The notes: generated by a model not told the origin, from the letters alone. A stretch of 64,000 bases of DNA from Eutreptiella sp. 'Long Island Sound 2002' (GCA_964036045.1 OZ038378.1:183272001-183336000); one strand, 5' to 3'; counted from the first letter of the stretch, positions 9,373-21,549 are shown. Made by a program: numbers and translations.

Positions 9373-12179
9373 TAATTTGACCTTCATCAAAACCGCTTGT
9401 GCACCTGGGAGGAATGATGTCGAATGAATAACACGTGACTCTTGCATTTGTTCAATCTTTGAATCGCAAATGCACTTAACAAACAAAAGCTATAGCAAAC
9501 ACGGTTGCCAACCTTGGATCAAGCTCGTTTCCCTACATACGAAGTGATGCCACCACTCCAAAAGGTTCAAGAGCGCACTTCAACAATGAAGTATGGAACC
9601 TTTTTTGGCCCATCTTTTTGTTCGTTCGTTTTGTGGGGTTGAGCATGCTCGTGTAAGCTACTCATTGCATCACAGGGGGGGGTGGTCTATCACCCCCGTG
9701 TTGTGCTACATGGGGCTAAAATTGGGGGGTCGACCCTCCCCGGGCCATTTCGTGGATCGCACGTGAATCCTTGGTGCCACGGCCCTGCGGCTCAAAAGAA
9801 AATGAAAGCCCATGGGGCTCCTAGCTCCATCTCTACCTCAAGCCCTACAGCAACTTAGTCCACCTACCTTGACCCCCCTTTGCATGCTTCCAACCCACAA
9901 TGAATTGCGGCACCTTTCATTCAAGGACGGATTTGAGAGTATCCAAGACTGTTTGCTCTGCCTATTCTCAATGGTATCACATTTCGCTATGCATGGTGTG
10001 TATTCGCATGCACATTTCTTTCGGTCTAAAGAGGGTTTGGACCCCAGTTACTCTCTATTACAGTAACTACAGGGAGTTCTAGACAATGACACGCAGACTG
10101 GAAGATCTCGTCAATGGCACGGCAAGCGGAGCATGAACAATAGTGGCTTGCGCCCATAAACTGTGAGCAAGTGATAGCGTTTTTCAATCAACCAGAATGT
10201 ATCACGTGTCATACAAAGAGCTAAATGGCTAGATCACTCCTATGGCTTATGCATTACATCCCACTGCATGGCCCCCACATAAGTGGTGGCCCTGTGGTTC
10301 GTCCCGCATTGCATGAGCACCCCAGAGACATGGGGTTGTGGATCACACTTGGCATGCACCGAGTTTCCCGGGTGTACACGTGTGGGGGGGGGGGGGGGGG
10401 GGGGGAACAACAAGGTGGAGAGGAGGTGAAGGATGACTCAGTCTGTGGGTGCAATACATGGTGGGTACAGGACACGCAATATGTCGGATTTCTGGCACCG
10501 TCCACTACGTGTGACCCCGACGAGTAGAGGGGCCCGCCACCTGCCCCAGCGCACATCGTCTTCATACACAGGGCTTGAAAAATTGTCTTGTTCCAGTTGC
10601 ACGAAGGAAGATGCAAATATCCCGGGAAAAATTCCCGCAAAAGCTGTTCTCGCCAACGGTGGTAAAACCACAAGCTAGTGTCGCATGCGGTACATGGAGC
10701 ACGTATGCTGTGTCGCAACCACGCCTCTGTAGAAGTTGAAAAAATCTACCTTGCACTACGTATAGTGAAGACTTCAATTCAATTCAAGACTCAGATTGCA
10801 AGCTACCAAGGCGGCGTACGGCGCACGCGGCGGTCTCAAGCTGCAGTTACTCCATTGGAGTAGTTCTGGTCTCATTTCTGCGGTTGCTTCAGAATGGGAG
10901 AACCGGTTGGGAAGGTAGCCTTGAATTGATTTTTGATCAGGGTCCAGGCTGCCCGCACAAAGTCGAAATTTATTGTGCGGCGAAACGTCCACGATTTCTG
11001 TGCGTATGTCCTCATTTGCATGCACAGTACGCGTGATAATTACATGGCTCGTGGTGCATTCTCTTACAGCTGACAATCAGAAATCATTGTGGTGTCACGC
11101 CTTGACAACATTCACACTAAAATGAAGGTTGCCATGCACAAATTGTTATAATGGGATTGTCTGGGATTTGGGGCGTCTAACGATGTCACAAGGGGACCTT
11201 GATGGTATACGAGGACGCCTTCGTGACTTGGGTGTAGATGACACCGTTGTGGACAGTGCACCTGTGCTGTCCGACCCCTTGCTGGGGTCCATCAGTACAC
11301 TTCATGGGGCAAGTGTGTATGACTGATTGGGTTTCGTGAGGGCCCCTCTCAAGGCCTTCTCACCGGCCGGTTGCGCTTCGCGCTGCCACGGCCGGCTCGA
11401 AGCCCTTGACTTTTTCCTTTGCATACACATGTGCATGTTGTTCACATGAAGTGTCATGCTTACAACCAATTACGTTTGATGTCCAAAAGCGGCATGCATT
11501 ACTTTGCAGTGTGTTGTTATGGGCGCAAGCCTTTCTTCATTGCTGCTTGCCATTGTTGCCCGCTGAAGAGGTCATCAAATTTAGAATTGGAAGTATTGTG
11601 GTAATTGATTTCATCGTTGATTGACACTTTATACAAAATAGTTTATGGCTTTGGTGGCCAGCAATATACGTGTAAATGCGGTGTTTGTGTAGCCAATTGT
11701 TCGCGAAGGTGCGTGACATTATCACGGCTTGCATGATGAAAGTGGTGACACATAAGAGAGGTGCTTTGCCAATGAGAAATGGCGAATGGCGTTGTCGTGG
11801 CAAGCAAGAGACCACATGAAGGACTTAGGGGCCAGATCACGACCGGATGACTTGTGGAAAAAGGTGGGAGGGGTTGGGGTCCTACGTCCTACGTGCCTAC
11901 GTGCCACTTGGTGCGCTCTCTCCCGAAAATGCGATGGAGGTAAAACGGTGAACGTAGCGCTGAGACCGAGCAAGTTTGCAAATGGTGTTTGAAGATGAAA
12001 GGCGATGGGCGAAAGAAGTTTTGGACATTGCGCCATGTCATATCTTCCGGCTTACATCAATGAGCATTGCCCTCCGCTTTTTGCTTGTACGGACTTTCGC
12101 AACACTTCTGGTTGCAATTGGTGCACCTTTGCCAGGTTCGTTGAGTGCACCTCCGTTTGCTTTCACTTTGTGCCCCAAT

Positions 12180-13090
12180 GGAAATCATAAGTAAAACCGA
12201 ACGTCGGCGCAACGATTTAAACTCAACGGAGGTGTGATTTATGCGAAGAATGTGATTCATGCACTCACTAAAGCTGACAAGAGGTGCAACAATTCAAACC
12301 ACATCGAGGTGCAATGATTGAAACCAACGGGAGCTAGAGCCAAACGGAGGTGCAACGACGAGAAGAAAGAAACGTAACGTCGTTGCACCAATCCAAAACA
12401 TAAGGAAGTGCAACGATTCAAGCAAAAGGAGGTGCCTCAATTGAAACTAAATGGGGTATTAGAAGCACGACATTACAAAATGAAAAGTGAAACTAAAAAG
12501 AGCATTTTGCTCTTGGTGCCTTGCCATCCTCTCAACACTTTCCGTTGTGCACTTCTTCCCTTTTTCCCTCCGTGCACTTTGCACTTTCACTTCGAACTTT
12601 TGTTGTCTTTTCCTCTCCTTTTGCATCTTTATACTTTATCCTTTTGCACCAACAAATGAGAAAGTGCACAATGGAAAAGTCTAAAGATTGAAAAAGTCAC
12701 CGAGAAAGTGCAAAACGCATAAAAATAGCTCCAAGGAGAATGTAGGTAGCCTGGAACCGGCTAACGCGACTCACGGGCGACACTCACTTGACATTACTGA
12801 CACTTGACACGGCCGAGCCGTGCTTGTTTGCTTTTGCATTGTGTACTCGCGGCCATTCCACAGTATGATCTATTTACACGCTGCGTGTTTGCTATCTTTG
12901 CCCACGCCGCCCCTCGTTACGCAGGGAGGATAGTGAGTGCACCATGGAAAACTTGAAGGCACAACAAAAAAGTAGTGAAAGAAAAAGTGCCAAGTGCACG
13001 ACAAAAAATTACGGGGAAAGAAGAACCGCAAAGAGGAAGTGCACGACGGAAAAGTGGAATGAGGAAAATGCACGATAGAATTGCACACTG
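12180..13090. repeat. Degenerate short-motif array (GAGGTGCAACGATT and AAGTGCAC units in both orientations)
   Basis: Repeated gaggtgcaa motifs at about 12281, 12306, 12347 and 12405; gtgcac(tt) units at 12545-12650 and aagtgcac units at 12985-13045. Confidence 0.5.
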
Positions 13091-13227
13091 ATGAACCTTA
13101 GTGGCATGCACATTCTCACCAGGGTAGTGCAGTGCGAGGCGTATTGGGTGAGGGACCGAGGGGAAAGCCTATGAGGGCAAGCATATTCGTTGGTCATGAT
13201 CGCCCGGTGGCCAATGTTGATCTTTGG

Positions 13228-13520
13228 TAAGGTAAGGTAAGGTAAGTTGCTCGGGCGATCTCCGAACTCCAGCGTATCAGTGATCCCTACCTGTCCCTCG
13301 CAGCATCCCTTCCGGCTCGCGGGGTCACCGACACCCTAGCGCCTAGGACACTGCGTTCCTCCCCCACCGGGGTTCGAACCGACGCTGCATCCCTTCCGGC
13401 TTGCGGGGTCACCGACACCCTAGCGCCTAGGACAGTGCGTTTGGCCTCCACCGGGATTCGAACCGAGCACCTTTAGTTCAGGCGTCACGTGCATGACCGC
13501 TGAACTACGAGACCTTGGTT
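13228..13520 (-). mobile_element. Dimeric tRNA-derived SINE with (CTTAC)n tail and 14-bp TSD
   Basis: Minus-strand head GGTCTCGTAGTTCAGCGGTC...GGTTCGAATCCCGGTGGAGGCCA (A box, B box); body duplicated with a second B box (GGTTCGAACCCC); tail (CTTAC)4; ATGTTGATCTTTGG at 13214-13227 and 13521-13534. Confidence 0.85.
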
Positions 13521-14277
13521 ATGTTGATCTTTGGGGACCGTGGGGGGGGGGGGGGGGGGGGGGCGGGCGGGTCCTTGACCTGCCATCTGCGGGGTGGGTA
13601 AGGGGGGGGGTTTTCCGGAACTCGGATTTACGATCCATGCCAATTCACTGTTGCCTACATGGACCGGGCTCTTTTGCATGTGCTTTGTTGCTTTGTGAGT
13701 GGTGGAACGTGAGCCTCCATTGATGCAGAGGTGGATTAGCGAGAGATAATGGTTTGGTGGTGGAGCCAAGAGACAAGCTGTGCATTGGATGGTACTTGCA
13801 CATTACATAACATTTTTCTTTATCCACAATGACATGCGTGGATTGTTTTTTGCTTTGTGCTACGTCACACCACAACATCGGGGCGCGGGGTGCGCTTTGA
13901 ACTTTTTTTTCCAACAAGAAGCATTTGTGGATCGTTTTTTGCTTTATGCTTGCATGTCACACGGCAACGTTGGGTTTTCGGACATTTTTTGTCCGGGCAC
14001 CTGTGGTTTCGTTGGACCTCCGATCCACGATCCGCTCCGATCCCGGGTGCTGGGGGGTGGGGGGTTGCGGACATCCGATCCACGTGGATTGGATTGCCTA
14101 GTCCCGTTTGGCCCAGGATGACACCAATCGTCTGACCCAATATACCCAAACCTACACAACAAGAACACCGCCGAGGGGGAAAGGCGAGTCGCGCTCACGT
14201 GTGTGGTTCTTCACACATCCGCACGGCGGACACCTACTGCAAGCAGCCTCAACCTAGAGTGTTGGCTCTATACAGTC

Positions 14278-14637
14278 ATGCACAATTTGTCGTTGCTCTA
14301 TTGTGCCCGCAGCCTGCACCGTGCCTGCGTGCGCACCTGTGCTCGGGCAGCGCACATGCAGGGTTTGGCCCCACGCCCTCATGCTTGTCCACGCACCGCC
14401 CTCCCCAGGGCTTTCTTTGCCGCCACAAGAGAGATGTCCTTGAGCTGCTCTGGGAGTGACCTACCTGAGGCACTGGTGGTGGCATACATCACTGTGCCCA
14501 ATATGGAGGTGGGCAAGAAGCTTGCCCATCATCTAGTCGCTTCTAAGTTGGCAGCTTGTGTAAACATCATGCCCAAGGTCGTGTCGGTATTTGAGTGGGA
14601 GGGCAAGACAGAGGAAGATACAGAGGAGCTGCTCATG
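14278..14637 (+). CDS. cutA: CutA divalent-cation tolerance family protein, exon 1 (Arg-rich N-terminal extension)
   Basis: VVAYITVPNMEVGKKLAHHLVASKLAACVNIMPKVVSVFEWEGKTEEDTEELLM is typical CutA; ATG follows tacAG|tc; GT donor at 14638, phase 0. Start codon is inferred. Confidence 0.88.
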
Positions 14638-16152
14638 GTGTGGTTGCTCATCCCCTTCACAATTGCGACATTGTGCAATCACCACCCCCTCGTCAGACGG
14701 CGTGCATAATGCAAACGGGATGTGTGCCATAAAGGCTGAAAGAGTATGCCGGGTGGTACTTCAGGGTGTATGCGCATGTTCGCCTTTTGAGGAGGGAATC
14801 CTCCACTTGTGGATAGGTGGGTTGGGCATGGGTGTGCCGTTCCGTTCAAGGGGGAGGGAGGGGTCCAAATGCTGTCGCATAGTTCACCCTCTTGGCTGGT
14901 TGAAGTAGGAAGGCGGAATCTATATTGGGCAATGGTGTATTGGAATTGCATTGATAGCAAGAATTCATGCTTTAAAAAATTTTAGAGAAGAACTTTGTCA
15001 TCAGTTGCTCGCATGTATGTCCCCACCACATCACCGGGTGCGCTTTGAAACTTTTTTTCCCGAGAAGTTTCATGGGCCATTGGTTTGCTTTTGCTTGTAT
15101 GTGGCACACTTGCGCCTTTGAATAATTTTTTTGACAAGTCTCCATGGATTATTGGTTCACTGTTGCTTGCATGTTGCACCAGCATGTCAAAAGGAGGAGG
15201 GTCAACCCCTGTGCCCCCTTTCTAAAACATTCCTGGGTGTAGATAGTTCGGTAATTGGGAATGGGACACTTCCGTTTGCGCCATAGTGTGTTGGGAGTTG
15301 GTTTGGGTTTTCAGGGGTTGCAACCGGGGGGAGCGGGTCGGCAGCTGCCGTGCTGTGCCCTGCCCTGCGAGGGGTTTTGGCATGATGCCATGGTGTGTTG
15401 TTCTCGTCTGCAGCTGGCGGCGCCTACTGGCCAATTGCCATTCGCTGCCTTCCCTTGGACCCTTTCCCTCCGTAGGCGGTGGTGCCCATCCGCTTCTCAC
15501 CACCCTGTGACCTTCCTCTTCCTCCTTGCCCTAGCCTTCCCTCTCTACTTCCCTTCCCTTTCCCTTGGCCTTTCCCTCCATAGGCCGTGGTGTCCATCGG
15601 CCTCTCACCACTCCTTCCCTTCCTTTCCCTTGGTGGGGTGTGCCAACGGAGCGGACTTGCCGTGTTTCACTTCTCTGTGCCGAGTCCACACAGAGGAAGG
15701 CACCTGCCTTCGCCGTTGGCCAGGTGTGTCCAAGCGGCCATCCCAAGCCGGCGGTGAGGTACCACTCCCCAACAGCGGCTGCTGGGCCCTGGGATGTCCA
15801 CTTGCGGTGTCTTTTCCCCGACGGGGGCACATAACAACCTCCTGCCTCCAAATTCCCGCGCTCAGTCCTCCCTTTGGCGAGCGCATCACGCCCTGCCGGG
15901 GGGTGGGGTTGGGGGGCGTCCAGGCCTTGTGCGCTGTGCATGGCGCTTTATGCCGCGTAAGCTCGTCCAACAACCACACCCTGGTCAGATGGTGAACCAT
16001 TGTGCTCGTTGGGCAAGAAGCAGGGGGGCTACACATTAATCGGTGTCGCAGAGCCAGCCATGTTGTGTGAGCATTTAAGTGCATTTGGCATCCGGCAACT
16101 GCCCCTAAGTATCAAAAGCCGTGGCTCTTCCCGGCTCCCCGGCTCTTCACAG

Positions 16153-16311
16153 GTGAAGACACGGCAGGCGCATTTGGAGGCCATTGCCAAGGTCTTGAAG
16201 GACAAAGAGTACCACCCGTACGATTGCGCCGAGCTCATTGCGTTGCCTATTGTGGCCGGCGCTAAGGACTACATGCAGTGGGCCATCGACCAAACAGCCC
16301 CTGCGAGCTAA
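16153..16311 (+). CDS. cutA: CutA, exon 2
   Basis: cttcacAG acceptor at 16151-16152; VKTRQAHLEAIAKVLKDKEYHPYDCAELIALPIVAGAKDYMQWAIDQTAPAS* (KT, HPY and Y..W motifs). Intron 14638-16152; protein 172 aa. Confidence 0.9.
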   Translation: MKTRQAHLEAIAKVLKDKEYHPYDCAELIALPIVAGAKDYMQWAIDQTAPAS

Positions 16312-16366
16312 GAGCCTGCATGACTGAGTGGCTCAGGGCAATGACTTCATCTTGTGGTAACAAAGT

Positions 16367-16730
16367 TCAATGGCCCCCCGATGTGCCCTGTGCCTCCAAC
16401 AATGAGCTGCTTGCCACATGCTGCGGCGCATGGGGTAGCGTAAAACCCTCCGCGTGTCCTGGCACCTGCGCAGGACCGTCACCTAGATCTACGTTAGATC
16501 GACGCAAGCAGCTCCGGCAGAGTGTCGAGGGAGGGCAGCCTCGCATACTCCTGTTGCAGCACCTGAATGGTGCGTTGTTGTCAGAGTACAGTGCTTCCAC
16601 TAAAAAGTCCCGAACCATCTCAGCTAAAGCCCATGTCCGCTGTTCCAACTCCGAGACTTCCGAGATCACGCTGGGTTGCCGCCATTCCGGACCCAACTGC
16701 ACTGGCAAGAGCTGATGAGCTACTGCAGCA
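16367..16730 (-). CDS. Possible terminal exon of an unidentified convergent gene
   Basis: Open frame with amphipathic helix-like EVSELEQRTWALAEMVRDFLVEALYSD and candidate AG acceptors near 16735-16745; could equally be antisense to the CutA 3' UTR. Confidence 0.2.
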
Positions 16731-16874
16731 CGGTCTGGTCTTTACACGAAGTGAAATGAACGGTTCGGTCCGGTCGGTTCGATCAGTTCGTCTCGTTTTA
16801 TGCAGTTGGCGCAGAAGAAGTAAAAACCTTGTAATCCTTGTATCCCTTTTTCGTTTGAGTTCGTTTGAGTTGGT

Positions 16875-17065
16875 ACAAAGACCGGTCTAGACCGGTCTTG
16901 TGATCTGCCAAACTGGTCTACATGCAAAACTCTAATCCTTCGTCGAATCATCAAAAAACACCAAAACCACAAGATCCGCCACATGCAAATACCCCTGACC
17001 CAACTTTTCACACAAAAGTCACAATTTGCACAAAAATCCAGACCGGACAAGACCGTTGTGCTAGT
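16875..17065. mobile_element. Small MITE-like element with AGACCGGTCT palindromes
   Basis: Perfect 20-bp palindrome AGACCGGTCTAGACCGGTCT at 16879-16898; inverted related copy ccagaccggacaagaccg at about 17039-17056. Confidence 0.4.
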
Positions 17066-19080
17066 AGCCAAAGGAATATTTCAACACCAAGATGACAAAA
17101 ATCGCTGGACAGTGCAAAATATACCTCCATCAAGATACTAGGACCCAGAGTGTCGCTCAGGCACAGGAAGATATTTGCATTTCATGTCAGGTTCAGGGGG
17201 AGCGGCGCGGTGTGCGCGCCATGCGCACACCGTGCATGTATGTGTTGGCAGGTATAGTGTTTTTTTTTTTTCCATGGTGGCTCACCCTGGGGCAGGAAGT
17301 GGGTCTGAGGTCCAACTGGGTGGATGGGGCAGCTGGGAGTCACCTCGGCTTGCGTCTCTACTCTTACACACCGCCTTGGGTAACCTTGCAGATAGGGAAA
17401 GCAACTGCCTTTCCATGCGTACCGTAGCTCTGATGTGCAAATCTCCCAACCTCTTCGAAAGTACTTTTTGGGCTGAAGGATGTTGGCATCAGCATTTGCA
17501 GGGTGGTTGACAAGGCAATCCAGTTTGGCCCCTCGCAACCCCTTTGAAGTTGTGGCATACCATACCCCCCCCGCCCCCTCCCCAATTTGAAGCGGTGTTT
17601 TCTGCTGTGCCTGCCTCCTTTGTTCTTTTCTTCAACAATATGACTGCAATTTGGACGAAAGGGTTTGAATGGTATTTCGGTGACAAAAGACACTGGGAGG
17701 ATTTTGCAGCGTTCTTGTCGGGATTTTCCTAGTACTCTACTGCCCAGAGACTGTATTCCTTTCTCCTTTGTGCAGTCCAGGACTAGGCTATTGGCGAGGG
17801 ACAGTCCGCACAAGAAGTCTTTCAATACCTTGGCACCTTGGCCCCTTGTTTACGCACCATGGGTCTACCAGCTCCTTTACGCCTGCTCAGCATTCCTGGT
17901 GCTATTCCTGGTGCTAAGGAACACTCCCCCGTTGTGAAGGGGGGTAACTTCCCGACCGCAGTCAATTTTTTCTCTGGCCAGGAAATGACGCTTGCACCAT
18001 CCCTATCTCAATTTTTACACACGTACACAAAGTGCGCACACCAGATTTTTGAGCCGCAAGGCACAATGGCACTGACCTTTTTGCCTTTTCTTTGTGTGAT
18101 GTTCTGTCGTACAGTGACTTTGACCTCTGCTTCAGCGACGCCTTTGTATTTTGCAAGTTAATTCCAAGAAACAACTGTGCTGCTGGAGCTTGTCTGTGCA
18201 GGCTGCAAATCCCGTTTTTCCAAGACACACCACTGTGCAGGTACCATGAAAATTCTGGTACGGTGTCTGCAAGCCATAGGTTTTTGCAACTGTGCAAACA
18301 AGTGGGAACAGCTTTGGGAATGAAATGGACAGTCGAAAAGCAAGTTTCTGAGATCCCCTTTTTGGGGACTAAATGTGTGAATACACCCGCCCAACACAGG
18401 GATGAACAGTAGCCCTCAGCTCCACTTGTGTTGTGTGAACACAGTCCCAGACCTGGAAACCCTCCCCATCCTCAGCCTTATGGCACACACATCCTGAGGT
18501 AACATGCAACCACAAACAGTTGAGCAATACCCACTGAAAATCAGGTCTCACCTGCAAACAGTTGAGTCACATCCACTATCAGTAGGCCTCACCCATAACG
18601 TTCGAGTCATTTCCACCAAGTCAGGCCTTCCCACGCACAGTTGTCAAATCATCAGGGAGGGTAAGAGGCATGCAAAAACCAACTCTATTCACAGATACAT
18701 TAGAGCTCCAGAAAAACCAGTGGCTACAATGTTTTTACTGTGCACTGTGTCACCCCAGAGTGTCCTCCCACAATGCAATCATGTTACCATCTACATATCC
18801 CAGATCTACATCTACACATGGTCACTATGTCTGGTTGTGTCACTTGTCACACTTTCTACCTGAGGCAAAGAAGAGGCACGGGGCGGGGGGGGGGGGGGGA
18901 CTCAGCGGGTCTCAGGAACCCAACTACCCTCACCCCCCTCCCAAGGGACCTCCAGCCAACAGTTAGTTGCCAAAGGTGCTGGCCTTAGGAGTCCATGGGT
19001 GTCAAAGGCACCCGACACTCCACGGGCACGAAAGGCGCTCAAAGGAATTTTTGTCCACTTTGCACCCAAACACTATCCTT

Positions 19081-19163
19081 AAACCCAACCCTGACCTGAA
19101 CTCCCACCCCAACCCTAAGCCTAGTCCTAACCCTACTCCTAGCCTTGGCCCTAGCCCTAACCA
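19081..19163 (+). repeat. Degenerate telomere-like (CCCTAR)n tract
   Basis: aaccctaagcctagtcctaaccctactcctagccttggccctagccctaacc; a similar tract lies at 20741-20790. Confidence 0.7.
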
Positions 19164-19255
19164 GGATTGAATATTGGGACCGAGCTGGTGGGGGAAGGAA
19201 CATTGTCTAGGATTGAATATTGGGACCGAGCTGGTGGGGGAAGGAACATTGTCTA
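19164..19255 (+). repeat. Perfect 46-bp tandem duplication
   Basis: ggattgaatattgggaccgagctggtgggggaaggaacattgtcta at 19164 and 19210. Confidence 0.95.
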
Positions 19256-19312
19256 GGAGACTTCAACGACAAATGAGCCATGCACTGAAAAGCGGATGAG
19301 AGCGGCTCAAAA

Positions 19313-20060
19313 GGGGCTCAAAATGAGCTGTGTTCAGTGGTTTGGGCACGACAGATGGATTAGGATCATTCTTGAAAAACCATGGTTTTGACCCGTTTTT
19401 GAGCCATTTGTGGTCCCCGATTGGCCCATGTTTAAGGCCCTTTCGGCCTTGAGAGGGGCCAAAATTGCTCAACATGGGCTCAAAATGGGCTCACTCCACT
19501 TGTTTGTGCACCCCAAGTAGTCCAAAAATATCTTTGGAAAAACACATTTTTGATCCATTTTTGACCCATTTTTGGTCCCAAAACAGCCCATTTTCAAGGC
19601 ATTTTGTGACTTTGGAGTGGCCAAAATGGGTTGCAATGGGCTCAAAAAGGGCTCATTTCACTTGTTTACGCAACCCAAATGGTCTAGGATCACTTTTGGA
19701 AAAACACATTTTTGACCCATTTTTGACCCATTTTTGGTTGCACACACCGCATTTTCAAGGCATTTTGTGACTTTGGAGGGGCCAAAATGGCTTGCAATGG
19801 GCTCAAAATGGGCTCGTTTCACTTGTTCAGGCACCCCAAATGGTCTAGGATCATTTTTGGAAAAACACAATTTTTGACCCATTTTTGACCCATTTTTTGT
19901 CCCAAACAGCCCATTTTCAAGGCACTTTGGGACTTTAGGGGGGCCAAAAAGGGCCACTGCGAGCTCAAAACGCGCCAAAAACACTTGTTTTGGCATTCCA
20001 TGTGGTCCACGATCATTTTTCGAAAAAAATGCATTTTTTTTGCACCTGGTGGACGTTGTT
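19313..20060 (+). repeat. ~162-bp minisatellite array (4.5-5 units)
   Basis: gggctcaaaa unit starts at about 19313, 19476, 19638, 19799 and 19961; internal (gacccattttt) repeats. Confidence 0.9.
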
Positions 20061-21150
20061 GACCCATTTTGGCACCCACCTAACCGCAGCCCATTGGGCC
20101 TAGGTACGGGGGTCCAGGCATCGGTTAGGGCAATTTTGAGGGGTGGAAACCACCAAAAGTGGGTGGTTGTGGGTGGATTAGGTGCACTCGAAATCGTGTT
20201 TTGAGCAACATAGCCCAAGATATATTTTTGGTTTGCGGTTGTGGGCGGCCAATGTGCGCAAATTCCGGGGGTTTTTGGGGCCTTTTGGGGGCAGTTCGCA
20301 GACATATTGTGGAGTTAGAGGGCCCTCGAGGGCCCTTCGGCACGGGGATATCTAGCTGCGTGTGTAGAGTGGCCACTATTTCCCTTCATTTGGCCATTTT
20401 CAGCAGGTTCTAGGGCGGTTTTGGGCCAAAAAAGGCAGATTTTGGCCCTAAATTGCAGATTTTGAAATGGAGGTCCGCCACTTGCAACGCCCGTTCCCGG
20501 CCGCCACCGTTGAGTTTCTGGCTCATACTTTGTGTGGTTGTCCCTCAGGTAGCATCCACCAAAATTTTGGCCGAATCCGAAGCACCACGATGGAGCTGTG
20601 ATTCCCCATTTTGCGCGTGCTTGCTTGCTGCTTGCTTGCTGCTTGCTTGCTGCTTGCTTGCTTGCCTGCCAAACCTATTAGGTCCACCCTAGACACTAAA
20701 GAGGATTATAAAACCAAGACTGATTCCACCAGCTCGGTGACCCTAGCCCTACACTAGCCCTACCCCTAGCCCTAGCTCTAACCCTAGGCTAGGGTCACAG
20801 GTAGTGTTGGGTCACAGGTAGTGTTGGGGTCCAAAATGGAGAGCAATGATGTGACAAAGAGGGAGCGTTAGCGCGCAGGGTGTGCGCAAGGCGTTCGCAG
20901 GGCAACTTTTTGGGCTATTGCCAATTCCTACCCCTATGGGACCCCTAAAAACGCAGCGGTTATGTAGCCAATCCGCCCATTTTTGGTCCCCCGAGAAGGA
21001 GGGGTTAGGTAGCTATTGGGTAGGTCCGATTTTGTCCCTGCGGGTTCTAAGGCGCCAACCCGGCGGCCTATGGGTACCACGTTTGCTTCCTCTACACTTT
21101 GGTGCATTTGAAGGGGTTAGTACAATCAAAAGCGGCCCGAAGGCACGCCG

Positions 21151-21549
21151 CTGTATTCCGACAGTAGCCTCCAAACGGTGGAAATTGCGGGCCCCGAGTA
21201 CCAAGCCGCGGGAGTTGCGGTGACAAAAGGACCCCTACGCATTCTGGCCCGGGTCGTGGGTCCGCAGCTGTCATATAGAGCCAAAATGTACGGCGCGGCC
21301 ATCGGGACGGCGATAGCATCCAACGGTGACAAGCAGTACATCGACAACATGGCCGTGACCAAATGTGCCGAAAAACGACCCACGCGGGAGTGCTCTTATT
21401 TTGACGTCCGCCACAAGGTGTGTAATTACACACAACACAAGCGAGTCATCATGGAGTAGATCCCTAGTCACCGTCAAGAGTCTGGGGCCCATAGTGCACA
21501 GGAACGTGAGCAAACCCGGCGCAATGGGGAGGTGGACTTGCTCGCCAAA
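21151..21549 (+). pseudogene. RNase H domain remnant of a non-LTR retroelement
   Basis: LYSDSS...AAGVAV...GPQLSYRAKMYG...YIDN...ME*IPSH...RNGEVDLLAK follows the RNase H motif order (DGS, RAE, D, WIPSH, N..AD..AK) with a W-to-stop change. Confidence 0.75.

Noticed and set aside
13442-13514. Functional tRNA gene
   Set aside because: D and anticodon stems do not pair properly, and it is the head of a TSD-flanked SINE; the same applies to the tRNA-like sequences at 31975-32145 and 35183-35240.
16697-16770. Second CTGATGAG hammerhead candidate
   Set aside because: No adequate stem II or correctly placed GAAA, and no stem I/III pairing found.
18579-18654. Minus-strand C/D snoRNA-like pattern (TGATGA...CTGA...ATGA...CTGA, 76 nt)
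   Set aside because: No terminal stem, and the boxes fall within a degenerate ~40-bp minisatellite (aactgt...aggcct...tgactc units), which explains the repeated CTGA.
19263-20305. ORFs up to 215 aa with KMGQK repeats
   Set aside because: Products of the 162-bp satellite.
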